Origin: Candidatus Latescibacterota bacterium
GTDB lineage: Bacteria; Latescibacterota; UBA2968; GCA-2709665
Length of the DNA stretch: 64,000 bases
Assembly (NCBI GenBank): GCA_963667175.2
Contig: CAXXXF010000004.1
Location: 320,001-384,000, forward strand
Reading direction: 5' to 3'
The notes under the pieces were generated by a model, which ran no database searches, was not told the origin of the DNA, and saw only the letters and a list, made by a program, of their open reading frames with translations. Position 1 is the stretch's first letter, and each line of letters opens with the position of its first letter. This document shows positions 1 through 9,658 of the stretch, piece after piece. The position numbers and the translations under genes are program-made.

Positions 1-369
1 CTGTGCCTTCTCAGCCACGTCGTCGAGGCTGTTCCGGATCTGGCGCGCCAAGCCTCCGATGACGTCCGCCGCAGGCAATTCCTGCTCGAAGCCAATGGAG
101 ACTCGCACGTTGAAAGCCCGTGCGTACATCGCCAGGTCTTCCAATTTGAGCCGATCGTTCGGGCTGTTCTCGATTCTCGAGATTTTGCTCTGCGTGCAGC
201 CCGCCCGTTCCGCAAGTTCGGCCTGCGTGACATCGTGAGAACAACGCAGCGCGGTCAAGGACCGGGACACGCCATAATCTGCAGGATGCCCATCCGATCT
301 GTTCTGGAAATTCTCATCCGGCACGGTGTGGCGAGCCATTTCCAACACGGGTGAAACCCGCTTTTCCAT
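1..369 (-). CDS. XRE-family helix-turn-helix transcriptional regulator (runs off the left edge; not in the ORF track)
   Basis: Manual translation from ATG at 369 (GAGGGAG RBS upstream) gives MEKRVSP...LTALRCSHDVTQAELAERAGCTQSKISRIENSPNDRLKLEDLAMYARAF, a typical Cro/C1 HTH. No stop before position 1. Confidence 0.85.
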   Translation of the reverse strand, partial: MEKRVSPVLEMARHTVPDENFQNRSDGHPADYGVSRSLTALRCSHDVTQAELAERAGCTQSKISRIENSPNDRLKLEDLAMYARAFNVRVSIGFEQELPAADVIGGLARQIRNSLDDVAEKAQ

Positions 370-627
370 TTTCGTGCTCCCTCTGAAGGCTGTCGAACTG
401 TGACAGCAGGTATGCCGAATTCTTTTCAAATGTCCGGGATTCCGTAAACCGAGAAGTGAGGTTATCCGTACCGCAAAACGGCAGTTTGCGATGTCAGATT
501 ATCCAAAATCACAATAAATATCGCCGAGACAGGAGGCAATTATGCAAATATAAGATAATTTATCGATCTCGCAATCGTAGTCGGCGGGGGCCCCTCCGGG
601 ACCGACCGCCTAGCTCGCTGACGGGTA

Positions 628-2187
628 TCAGGGCCCTGGACAGGGAAGACCGTTAGACAAAGTCACGGCCGCGGACGGGGGACCCTCATTCGGGGGGCGC
701 CGGTAATCCACGGCCGTGATCCGATAACAAAAGGGTCCGGATGCCGCGCCCCGATCCACGTATCGCGTTGCGGCGAGGGGGGCCTCGTTCAGCCGATCGA
801 AGGGTCCTTCCGGCCCCGATGCCCGGTACACGGTATATCCTTTCAGTCCGGTAAGCGCGGTGCCGTCGGTATCGGCTTCCGGACGGCGCCACGAAATCCG
901 CGCGTCCTGTCCGCTGCGAATAACTTCGAGGTGCAGCGGAGCGCCGGGCGCCCATCGGTCGTGCGCCTGCGTGGATGTGGCAAGCATCGCGGCCGTTGCC
1001 GCAATATGCGACGGTGCGCCCTGCATTGAAACGTGCTGTTCGAAGTACGCGGCCATCGATTCCCAGATCCGGTAGTCATATCCTGCCAGGTAGAGAAAGC
1101 CCCATCCCCTGAAGCCCCGTTCCGCGTCGAGCTTATCCGGAGGGCCGCCTATGTAGTACCTGAATGCCGGTTCCTCCAGGCTGCCATTCCAGACATGGCT
1201 GACGAACGTATTGGCCATCCTCTCAAGATCTCTCCGGGTGAAACTCAGTCCACTCTGCGCCCCCTGAAGCGCCGCCTGGATGTCGATAAAGGCATGCCCG
1301 ACGTCCTCCATCAGTTCGGGCCAGTGGCTCTTTGGACCGTATTTCCACGTATAGGCATCCGCTTCCGAATCGTACGACAGTTGACGGTGAAAGAACCGCA
1401 TCATCTGCTCGCTTTGTTCAGCGTAAAACGGAACGAACTCCTCCTTGTAAGGTTTGTAATACGGCGATCCTGAAATTCGACGGAGCGTTACCAGCGCATC
1501 CGTAAACGACAGGTACATATTCAGCGGCTGGCGTTTCCATCCAGACCATTCGTACACGTGGTATCCCGCGTCTTCGCCGTAGCGGCTGGTGTCCTCTTCC
1601 GTCCACCCGGGATCCGGCGCCCAATTGGCGTACCACTTTGCAATCACGTCCGCTTCCACAGCGAGGAGGTAGTCATCCGCTTTGGCCTTATAGGCCGTGT
1701 GGAGGTACGGATCGCCCCAGACGAGTTCCACGAATGCCAGGATGGGGCTGATAATCAACCCGTCGTCAGAAAGCCATTCGGTATATTCGGGCTCGTACTG
1801 GCGGTAGCGGTTCTGTCCCCAACCCCTGTAACCGTCCACGTACCTTGAATCGTACCCTTCATACGGCGGCACGTCCGAGCGGGCCGTCAGAATGCGGTCG
1901 ATCTGTTTTACCAGTTTATCGAGCCAGACCTTTTCGTTAAACGTCCGATAGAGGTTCAGATACATCCTCTGCACGTAGGCCGAAGGACCCCAGGCGAACG
2001 ATCCCCCGTCGCGGCCGTTCAGATAATTGTCCCCGTACGTTTGATCCCAATCTACAAAAGCCGCGTACCAGTCGGTACTCACAGGACCCTCGAACGGGAC
2101 GATCGGGGGTTTCCTTTCAGCCGCGACAGGGCCGCCTATCCACCCGAAGGCAACGTAAAAAAAGGCGTAGAGACACAGGCGCAACAT
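628..2187 (-). CDS. Secreted protein: aromatic-rich helical (possible alpha/alpha-barrel glycosidase-like) domain plus C-terminal fibronectin type III domain
   Basis: ORF 628..2217; likely start MLRLCLYAFFYVAFGW (signal-like). The C-terminus APGAPLHL...ISW..P...GYTVYRA...YRITAVD...NEGPPS is FN3-like. The enzymatic assignment is a guess. Confidence 0.6.
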   Translation of the reverse strand: MLRLCLYAFFYVAFGWIGGPVAAERKPPIVPFEGPVSTDWYAAFVDWDQTYGDNYLNGRDGGSFAWGPSAYVQRMYLNLYRTFNEKVWLDKLVKQIDRILTARSDVPPYEGYDSRYVDGYRGWGQNRYRQYEPEYTEWLSDDGLIISPILAFVELVWGDPYLHTAYKAKADDYLLAVEADVIAKWYANWAPDPGWTEEDTSRYGEDAGYHVYEWSGWKRQPLNMYLSFTDALVTLRRISGSPYYKPYKEEFVPFYAEQSEQMMRFFHRQLSYDSEADAYTWKYGPKSHWPELMEDVGHAFIDIQAALQGAQSGLSFTRRDLERMANTFVSHVWNGSLEEPAFRYYIGGPPDKLDAERGFRGWGFLYLAGYDYRIWESMAAYFEQHVSMQGAPSHIAATAAMLATSTQAHDRWAPGAPLHLEVIRSGQDARISWRRPEADTDGTALTGLKGYTVYRASGPEGPFDRLNEAPLAATRYVDRGAASGPFCYRITAVDYRRPPNEGPPSAAVTLSNGLPCPGP

Positions 2188-2226
2188 AACGGCAATCTGA
2201 CCCTCCCCTGGCCCCACACCCCCGGG

Positions 2227-2590
2227 GAGACGTTAGACGGGAGACGGGAGATGATCACACCGCGACCACGGGATGACGATATGGACTAGCGATATCAGTT
2301 CGCGGTTGCGCAAACCTCTCCCCCCGGCCTGCCTGCGCCGAGTTCTGCTCGGCAGGCAGGCCCCCTCTCCTAAAGGAAAGGGGGAGAAAACCAGGCGTCC
2401 ATCAAGCGGTGACAGTTCCCCCTTCCTCTCAGGAAGGGGGCTAGGGGGTAGGTCTCGTGAAGGCGGGGAGAGGGTAGAGGGGAGACGGTAGAGGATGTGA
2501 TTGCCCGGTGCGGTTTCATTTCGTGCCGGAGGCATAAAGGGAGAGCCAATCGGGCAAGGATGTCATCTACCGTCTTGCGTCTAACGTCTC
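2227..2590. repeat. 28-bp imperfect inverted repeats (heptamer-periodic) enclosing a REP-like palindrome cluster
   Basis: GAGACGTTAGACGGGAGACGGGAGATGA (2227-2254) versus the reverse complement of 2563-2590. The internal CCTCTCCCCCCGG...GGGGGAG REP-like unit recurs at 5531-5660. Confidence 0.65.
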
Positions 2591-2599
2591 ACCGCCATT

Positions 2600-4324
2600 A
2601 GACGTTAGAGTCTTACAGTAAGACTTCAACGCAAGATGCGTAGAAGTTTGTTCATGCTGCTTGGATAGCGTTCCGGTTTGTGTGGTTGTCGTATAGTGTC
2701 AGTGAAGTCGCGAGGGTGACGTGTCCGGCCTGTGTGACGCGCCATCTTCTGGACCGAGGTATTTTAGCGATCAGGCCTCGGACGTGTAGACGTTTGAGGA
2801 GTCGGCTGACGGCGTTGGCTTGTCGTCGTCGCTGGTCGAGGGTTCTGGGTTGTTTGAAGAGGTGTTTTCGGATGTCCCGATTGCGGAAGCCCATCAGGGC
2901 GTGTTCGCCTTTCAGGACGGCGGTGAAGAGGTCGAGGTCGCGGGTGTCGGCGGGATTGAAGCCCCGATAGGTCCGCCCCTTGTGCCTGCGTGGTCGGGCA
3001 AGTGCGGCGAGGCTGTGACGGCTCTTCCCGGTGTCTGGTGCTGCTGCCAGCGCCTGAAGATAGTGTTGGTTGGCCTTCAATGAGATCTCCCGATAGCGGT
3101 AGAGGTTGGCCACCCCTTTGGCCATGGGATACCAGCCCATCACGCGTTGTCCTTGCCGTATGCCCTGGCGGCGGACCTTGAACTGCCTTGGATGGTTGAT
3201 CACTGTCTCTATGCGTAGTACGCGCCCGTGTTTGTCGTACATTTTTATCCAGTTCTCACACATCCGGTGTTTGACCCGTGCGCCGGGTTGGCGTTTGTTT
3301 TTGAAGTCCGTGAGGACTTCGCCCTGAAAGTTGCCGTGGAGTTTGCGTCCCAGGAAGGTCAGGATGTCCTGGGGAGAGAAGCACAGCACCGTATGTCTGA
3401 GCAGATTTTCATACAGCACCTTCAGGGCGTGGGGGCTTGTGAACATCACGTCGGTGGCGAACTCAGCCTGGTCAACGACCCAGTAATAGTCCATTCCCGA
3501 AAGCAGGTCTTTGAGCAGGGGGTTGACCCTGCGGGCAAGCCCGGAGAGAATGCGCGGCCAATTTTTCTCGACAAAACGATCGGCAAACCGTTGCGCCCGG
3601 GCCACGTCGTCGATCCATAGAAACGCGTTGTCTGCTTTGCGATAGGCAATGCCGTTTTTATCGAGCTTGCGCGCCAGGTATTCGTGGCCATTGAGACAGA
3701 CCTGCACCACCAGGGGGAACCACGACTGGATGCGGATATGCAGCAACCCGAACTCACGGTCGATATAGTAGAAATAGTAGCACAGGCACTTCCGCCGGGC
3801 GTTGCGCAGGCGAGGCCTTCCTTTCCCTGGAACCAGCTTGAAACTCTGACAGCCCTCCACGGCGCGGTACACACAGACCAGGCCGCGGGTGATCCCATCT
3901 CGTTGGGCGATGCGTCGCGCTTCCTCCTCTTTCCTGACGGTGTTGCGGTCGAGATAGAGGAACGGGCGCTTGTGCCTGCTCGCCATCGCCTCCGCGTGGG
4001 CTTTGATCGTTTTGGAATGCATCGTCACAAAACGCTTGAAGTCCTTCAACAAAAAACCCTGATTACCCATGAAACGCTCCATCGCATCGCCAAATCCCAA
4101 CGGCAGGTACCCCTTGAACAGAACCCGATCAAAACACGATACCACGCCACTGATTTTTTCATTATATTGGTCCACGAAGTCGTTCACGGCGTTCCTCCTT
4201 GGATTGATGGCGGTCGGGACCACCATCATAACGGACGAACGCCGCTTTTCATACCACAAAACAACCTGCCGCTTCAATACCACACTTTTTGGTTGCGGCT
4301 GAGCAAAGCGAAGCCGCCTTAGGG
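2600..4324 (-). mobile_element. Putative insertion element carrying the 2652-4187 ORF (ends approximate)
   Basis: Perfect hairpin AGTCTTAC-A-GTAAGACT at 2609-2625; GCGGCT...AGCCGC hairpin at 4289-4324; abuts the stop of the Kelch gene. Confidence 0.45.
2652..4187 (-). CDS. Putative transposase of an IS-like element (Rep_trans-like core plus C-terminal winged helix)
   Basis: ORF 2652..4283; probable GTG start at 4187 after AGGAGG. Motifs: SCFDRVLFKG, YYFYYIDREFG, LNGHEYLAR, WIKMYDK...LRIETVIN, and C-terminal RLLKRLHVRGLIAKIPRSRRWRVT. Hairpins flank both ends. Confidence 0.6.
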   Translation of the reverse strand: MNDFVDQYNEKISGVVSCFDRVLFKGYLPLGFGDAMERFMGNQGFLLKDFKRFVTMHSKTIKAHAEAMASRHKRPFLYLDRNTVRKEEEARRIAQRDGITRGLVCVYRAVEGCQSFKLVPGKGRPRLRNARRKCLCYYFYYIDREFGLLHIRIQSWFPLVVQVCLNGHEYLARKLDKNGIAYRKADNAFLWIDDVARAQRFADRFVEKNWPRILSGLARRVNPLLKDLLSGMDYYWVVDQAEFATDVMFTSPHALKVLYENLLRHTVLCFSPQDILTFLGRKLHGNFQGEVLTDFKNKRQPGARVKHRMCENWIKMYDKHGRVLRIETVINHPRQFKVRRQGIRQGQRVMGWYPMAKGVANLYRYREISLKANQHYLQALAAAPDTGKSRHSLAALARPRRHKGRTYRGFNPADTRDLDLFTAVLKGEHALMGFRNRDIRKHLFKQPRTLDQRRRQANAVSRLLKRLHVRGLIAKIPRSRRWRVTQAGHVTLATSLTLYDNHTNRNAIQAA

Positions 4325-5403
4325 GCTGTAAATCAGAACCTGATCGGTCGCCTCGAGGTCCTTCAAGCCTCCAGCAATCAGCACGCGGCCGTCGGGAAGC
4401 AACGTTGTCGTGTAAAACGCGCGATTCTCGCCTATGCTGTCTCCGGTCGGGCCGAACGCACCGGTGGCGGGATCGTAGAGGATGACTTCGCCGCTGTTTC
4501 CAATGATAAACACGTCGCCCGATCGCAGTAACGTGGCCGCATGGATCGATTCGAGTCCCGGATCCCCTTCTGATGAGAACATCCCCGTCCCTGGATCGTA
4601 CCGCTCGGCCGCCGTAACCGACACCTCAGACCCCCTCGTCGTCGGTGGTCCCGCCAATGACCAGAACGCTGCCGTCCTGGAGAAGAATTGCCTTTGTGAT
4701 CTCGACGCTCGTATCTCAAGTCGCCTGTGCGCGTAAGCGTATTGGACAATGGGTCGTAGATTTCGCATTCCTGCACCATACCCAAGGCATTGCTGCCGCC
4801 GGCGATGAGTACGCGGCCGTCCCCCAGCCGGGTCGCCGTGTGGCCTCCGCGAATGCGGACCGTACCTGGAAGCGACGCGAAGTCACCAATTGCGGGATCG
4901 AAGAGGGAGACGCCCAGCGAGGTATAGGTGAGGATCTTCCCATTGGCCAGCAGCGTCATCGACGAGATGATCGCGAAGGCGGGCTCATACGGCTCGGGAG
5001 TGATTCGACCGGTTTGCGGATTGTAGAATTCCAGCGGGGCCTGAGCAGCGCCTGCGATCAGGACACGGCCGTCCGGCAGCAGTATTCCCACGTCGAGCGC
5101 GCGAGCCCGGGACATGTCGCCCCTTCTGCTCGAAGTGCCCGTCACGGGATCGAATATTTCCGTGCTGGCGCGAAACAGCGACGAAGGCACGTTACCCGGA
5201 CTGTCCGTGGCTGCGCCGCCCGAGATGAGCACCTTTCCGTCCTGCAACAGCACCGCCGCGTGCCAGAATCGCCTCTCCGTCATCTGACCGGCAACTTCGA
5301 AACCCTTCAGATCGCTCGTGGCTTCCGGGGACGTGGGCACGGGATTGCCGCAGGCCATCAAGAGCAAAATAAAAACCAGCGCGGAACCTGTTTTTCCGGA
5401 CAT
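4319..5403 (-). pseudogene. Kelch-repeat (galactose-oxidase-type beta-propeller) lipoprotein, frameshifted as sequenced
   Basis: Lipobox LLLMAC; repeats R.WH.A.LLQDG.VLI.GG...EIFDP. Removing one base each from the runs at 4693-4695 and 4631-4635 joins ORFs 4432..5403 and 4319..4768 into a full paralog of 31856..32950. Confidence 0.8.
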
Positions 5404-5660
5404 TCGACGTCCTTCCTCAGCGTCGTCAAAAAACAGCGATCAGCGGTCAGCATTCAGCCGTCAGCTTGAAGCAAGAAACCAACCAATTGACGTCGGCGCC
5501 GTGAAGCAGTGGGACAATCACGGGCGCAGACCTCTCCCCCCGGCCTGCCTGCGCCGAGTTCTGCTCGGCAGGCCGGGGGGAGAGGGGGAGAAAACCAGGA
5601 CACCGCGAGGGAATCACAGTTCCCCCTTCCCCCGGGATGGGGACAGGGGGTAGGTAGGCC

Positions 5661-8600
5661 CTATCGCGAGATGACGAAGACCACGTCTTTCTCCGCCGTT
5701 TCGCCGCTGTTCATGTCGTTAATCGATACGTTGAGCGAATATCGCCCCGGGACCTGTTCATCCAGCGCGAGTTCGACGTATTCGTTCTCGCGAGCGGCCG
5801 TGCCCAGCTGCTCGTACGCGACGGCCAGCTCCTCGCGCCTTCCGGTTCCCCAACGGAACAGGCGGGAGATGTTTCCCGCCCCCCCGGCGCGATCTTTCGA
5901 CGTGATGGTGTAGGAGACGTTGTAGCCGGTCTGTCCGAAATCGTCCTTCTCCAGGTTGTAGATCTCGTAATAGACGAACACGCTCTGGCCCTTCCTGTAC
6001 GTTCGGGACGGCATTGGAACAACGTTCAGGCTTCCTTTTGTGAACTTGCTATCCACGTCGTCCGCGCCAACCCGCCAGGCCAGTTCCAGGTCGCTGATCT
6101 GCAGGCGATCTTCTCCGTAGGGTTCCACGACCACCTGCTGCTGATAGATGCCCATTCGTCCTCTCAGGCGGTCCTGCGACTTGACCTCCAGACGGTAGAC
6201 GCCGGGCGGCAGAGCCAGCTTCAGGACGTCCGGCACGATAAGGCCCTCTCCGGCCCGGTTGCCGGCGGTTTCGTAGACCATCTCGTCCGATTGCCGGTAG
6301 ACCGTGTCCAGCGACGACGAAATGAGCGCCGCATGGTGCGTCAGAACCTGCCGAGTGACATCCTCTGCCGCAACGTAATGCGCCGGGACGACGGGGACGC
6401 CGTAGTAGATTTCGAGAAGGCTGTTATCGTCCTCGCCCATGAAGTCGGCCAGCGAGTAGTGGAAATCGAGCGGCTGCGTCTCATGTCTCGGCGTATAGAA
6501 ATCGGGCGTGGCCCGAGCCGCACGCCTGTAGACCGAGTGGGGCGCGTGCCTGCTTAGCGCAGCGGTTTCGCCTATGGATATATCTCCCTGGTTCGGCGGC
6601 ATGGGCGCATAATCGTACGCCCCGGAACCAGTTTCGTCGGTAAATGTGATTTCGATGCCGCCGCCCGCGTCGGTATAGATCCAGGTCTCCCAGGGCACGG
6701 TGCTTCGATCTTCGTCGGTGGTAACCGGGTGATAGTCGCCGAATCCCAGGCTTTCGTCAAGGGGCAAGATGCCGATCTTCAAGGAATCGTCATTGACGAA
6801 GAAAGACTCGCTTCCTCCATCTTGATTGAGGTCGGCGTCGGCCGCCTCCGTACCGTCGTTCGTCATGCCGGCAATCTCACACGCCGATGGATCTGCGTTC
6901 TCTATTGTGAATTCTTTCAGTTCATACCAGGCGCCATCCAGCTGTTTGAGGCTGCGAACGGGATATACCGGGCCGACGAACGTGTGCGCGCGGACGTCGC
7001 CCTTGTAGATATTGAACGCGAGCCGCTCCTTGACCCGCTGTACTTTCAGGCTCTGCTTGAAGTTGGGATCGTCCGATCGGGACCGGTGGTCGGGTTCCCC
7101 GAATCGGACGTAGACGTCCCCCCTGGCGTCCCATGGTTGCCTGCCCTTCGAGAAATCCGTCAACGCGTGCCAGACCCTCCGGTAGTGTTCCAGCAGCCGC
7201 TCGTTCACGGCGGTGGACAGGTCCGGGTCCTTCCCATTCCAGAAACGACTCAAATAGGTCTCGGGATCGTCGGCCTCGCGATACTTCCTGAGTTCTTCGC
7301 TGGAAGCGACCAGCGATATATCTTCGTACAGTCCCCGTACATCCGGCGCAAGTTTGGCAATGTAGTCCTCGAAGAACGCCATGGCCATATCCGACTCTTC
7401 CTGTTCCATGGCGGAAATGGCGACAATGGGCATCAATTCGATGGCTTCGGGGTACTTTCTCACAAAGTCCAGCAGGTGGTTCATAATCTTCGAATAGTCC
7501 CTCACCTTCAGATAGGCAACGCCCAGGCGCCGCTGCGCGTCCGCGTCTTCCGGGCGAAGCGCGAGGTACTTCGTATACCAGACAACGGCCTTTTCGAATT
7601 CCCAGGACAGGTTCAGGTAATAGTCCGCAATCATCAGATAGGCGTCCGCGTGGCCGGGATCCATCTTCAGGACCCGTTTCAGCTCCAGCTCCGCGTCGCG
7701 CTGTTTCATCTCATAACGGACTTTGGCCATCCGGAATCGCGCGTCCACAAAGTCCCGGTCCCTGACCAGCGCCTCTGTAAAGTGGTGAATCGCGAAGTGC
7801 CGCTGCATCGGCCACGTGGCGTAGAGCATTCCCAGGCCGTGGTGGGCAAGCGCTTTGCTTCCCAGGGCCATGGCGCGGTGAAACGCGTCCTTCGATTCCT
7901 CGAACCGCTCGAACGTCAGCAGGATGTGACCCAGCCTGATGTATGCATCGGGACCCTTCGGTTTCTGACGCGCGACGTTCCGATAGATCAGGCGTGCCCT
8001 TTCCAGTTCACCCGCATCCAGCGCCCGGCGACCGATCGCCGAGAGAGAATCCACCTGCTCCGCCGGTAAACGTGACACTCTCGTCCGATTCCCTGCCGGG
8101 CCATTGAGGCCGTAAATGTACTTTCCCCGGTGCCAGAAACAGGCCAGGGCCGGCGCACCGGCCAGCCCCTCGAGGCGATCGTGGTAGTCGCTGAGAAACC
8201 CGCGGCCCGAACTCGCCGGGCAGGAGAACAGGATATTGAGGACCGACATCCTGGCTTTCTCTTCAACCGGGTTCTCAGCATCTTCGGCAATCCTCCGGGC
8301 TGCCCAGCGATGCAGTTCACCAAGGTTCGTCAGTTCTCTGTTCCCGTGGACCCGCCTGAATTTCTGAATCAGACCCAGCATCCCCATCAAGCGCTCCTGA
8401 CAGTGGTGGACGTCGGCCGGGTTCCTTTCGGTCCTGGTCCAGGTCTTGCAGACTTCCTGGTAGATTGCACAGCTTTTTTCTGACAATCCGTACATAGAGG
8501 CCCTGTCAGCGAGTTTCCCGAAGGCGCTCCGCGCGCTCTTGAACCTTTCTTTCGCATTCGCGACGTTTCCTCTGTGAAGCGCGTTCCTGCCCCTGATATA

Positions 8601-9392
8601 CAGATCGAGCCCGATTCCGATCAGGCCCAGGGCGGAATCGATCGTGTCGGCCTCCCGCAGAGCCGCTTCACAATTCGATCCGAAAAAGGCTTCCGAATCT
8701 CTATATATCTTTTTTAATATGTCTCCGGGCGGTTCTGCTGGAACCATCTTCCCGGTTCCCACGTCCACACGGATCCATCCCGATCCATCCGCGGTCCGGC
8801 AGAATACAGCCTTCCCGTCGGGCGACCACGCGACCGGGCCGGTGACGTTGCCTTCGAACAGAAGCCTGACGCCGCCTCGATCGTCCACGGTCCAGAGAAC
8901 CTGTCCGGATCTCGCGAACGGACTGCCCCGATACCCCAAGGCGGCCAGGGACCTGCCGTTGGGCGAGACCCCCATTTCGAGCGGTTGAAAGTCATCGGGC
9001 AGCGGCCACAATTCCTCACCGGCGCCGTCCGCACTCAACCGCCAGATTCTGTTGTTCGAAATCGGAAGCGAATATTCGCCGTAGAAATGCGACCCCCACG
9101 CTTCGCGCCGCAGGCTGCGCTCCAGGTAGACCAGTTCCGTCCCGTCCGGCGCAAAGTGCAGGGCGCCGGGTTCACCGGGATAGGCCCTCAGCTTTTCGGG
9201 TTTATCGTCTTTCGCCGAGACGATCCATATTTCCGTCAGCGAAACCGTCCCTTCGCCGCGTTGGACGGCGTAGGCGACGCGCCCGCCATCCGCCGAACGC
9301 GCGGCGATAACCCCGGCAGGCGCCGACCCGGCCACGCCCGGCATGATCAGGAAGCCGGTGGCGCCGATGAGGAGGATTTTCATCCAATTCAT
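5661..9392 (-). CDS. Large exported TPR + GWxTD-domain protein (PWDxRG subtype) with N-terminal TolB-like propeller segment
   Basis: Signal peptide; SPDG/SPNG propeller repeats; TPRs; FW...DPDLST.VNER.LEHYRRV...PWDARGDVYVRFGEPD; beta-rich C-terminal domain with SDLELA...VFVYYEIYNL. Confidence 0.85.
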   Translation of the reverse strand: MNWMKILLIGATGFLIMPGVAGSAPAGVIAARSADGGRVAYAVQRGEGTVSLTEIWIVSAKDDKPEKLRAYPGEPGALHFAPDGTELVYLERSLRREAWGSHFYGEYSLPISNNRIWRLSADGAGEELWPLPDDFQPLEMGVSPNGRSLAALGYRGSPFARSGQVLWTVDDRGGVRLLFEGNVTGPVAWSPDGKAVFCRTADGSGWIRVDVGTGKMVPAEPPGDILKKIYRDSEAFFGSNCEAALREADTIDSALGLIGIGLDLYIRGRNALHRGNVANAKERFKSARSAFGKLADRASMYGLSEKSCAIYQEVCKTWTRTERNPADVHHCQERLMGMLGLIQKFRRVHGNRELTNLGELHRWAARRIAEDAENPVEEKARMSVLNILFSCPASSGRGFLSDYHDRLEGLAGAPALACFWHRGKYIYGLNGPAGNRTRVSRLPAEQVDSLSAIGRRALDAGELERARLIYRNVARQKPKGPDAYIRLGHILLTFERFEESKDAFHRAMALGSKALAHHGLGMLYATWPMQRHFAIHHFTEALVRDRDFVDARFRMAKVRYEMKQRDAELELKRVLKMDPGHADAYLMIADYYLNLSWEFEKAVVWYTKYLALRPEDADAQRRLGVAYLKVRDYSKIMNHLLDFVRKYPEAIELMPIVAISAMEQEESDMAMAFFEDYIAKLAPDVRGLYEDISLVASSEELRKYREADDPETYLSRFWNGKDPDLSTAVNERLLEHYRRVWHALTDFSKGRQPWDARGDVYVRFGEPDHRSRSDDPNFKQSLKVQRVKERLAFNIYKGDVRAHTFVGPVYPVRSLKQLDGAWYELKEFTIENADPSACEIAGMTNDGTEAADADLNQDGGSESFFVNDDSLKIGILPLDESLGFGDYHPVTTDEDRSTVPWETWIYTDAGGGIEITFTDETGSGAYDYAPMPPNQGDISIGETAALSRHAPHSVYRRAARATPDFYTPRHETQPLDFHYSLADFMGEDDNSLLEIYYGVPVVPAHYVAAEDVTRQVLTHHAALISSSLDTVYRQSDEMVYETAGNRAGEGLIVPDVLKLALPPGVYRLEVKSQDRLRGRMGIYQQQVVVEPYGEDRLQISDLELAWRVGADDVDSKFTKGSLNVVPMPSRTYRKGQSVFVYYEIYNLEKDDFGQTGYNVSYTITSKDRAGGAGNISRLFRWGTGRREELAVAYEQLGTAARENEYVELALDEQVPGRYSLNVSINDMNSGETAEKDVVFVISR

Positions 9393-9658
9393 AAAGAAAT
9401 CCGGAATCTGAACACTTGTCCTGCTCCTGGTTTTTCCTGCATCAGGTTTGGATCCTGTTCCTGGTTTCCAATCCTGTTATTACGGGGAGCACCGTATCGT
9501 TTACATCCTCCCACTCTTCTTTGGTGGGGCCTGGATGTCGACGATTTGTTTCTCCTGAGAATAAATGGAAGCTCACAACTGCTCTTCCTGATCACTGGCC
9601 ACTGCCCACTATTTACTGCTCCTGGTGATAATCCTGCTCAATCCTGCAAATCCTGATC

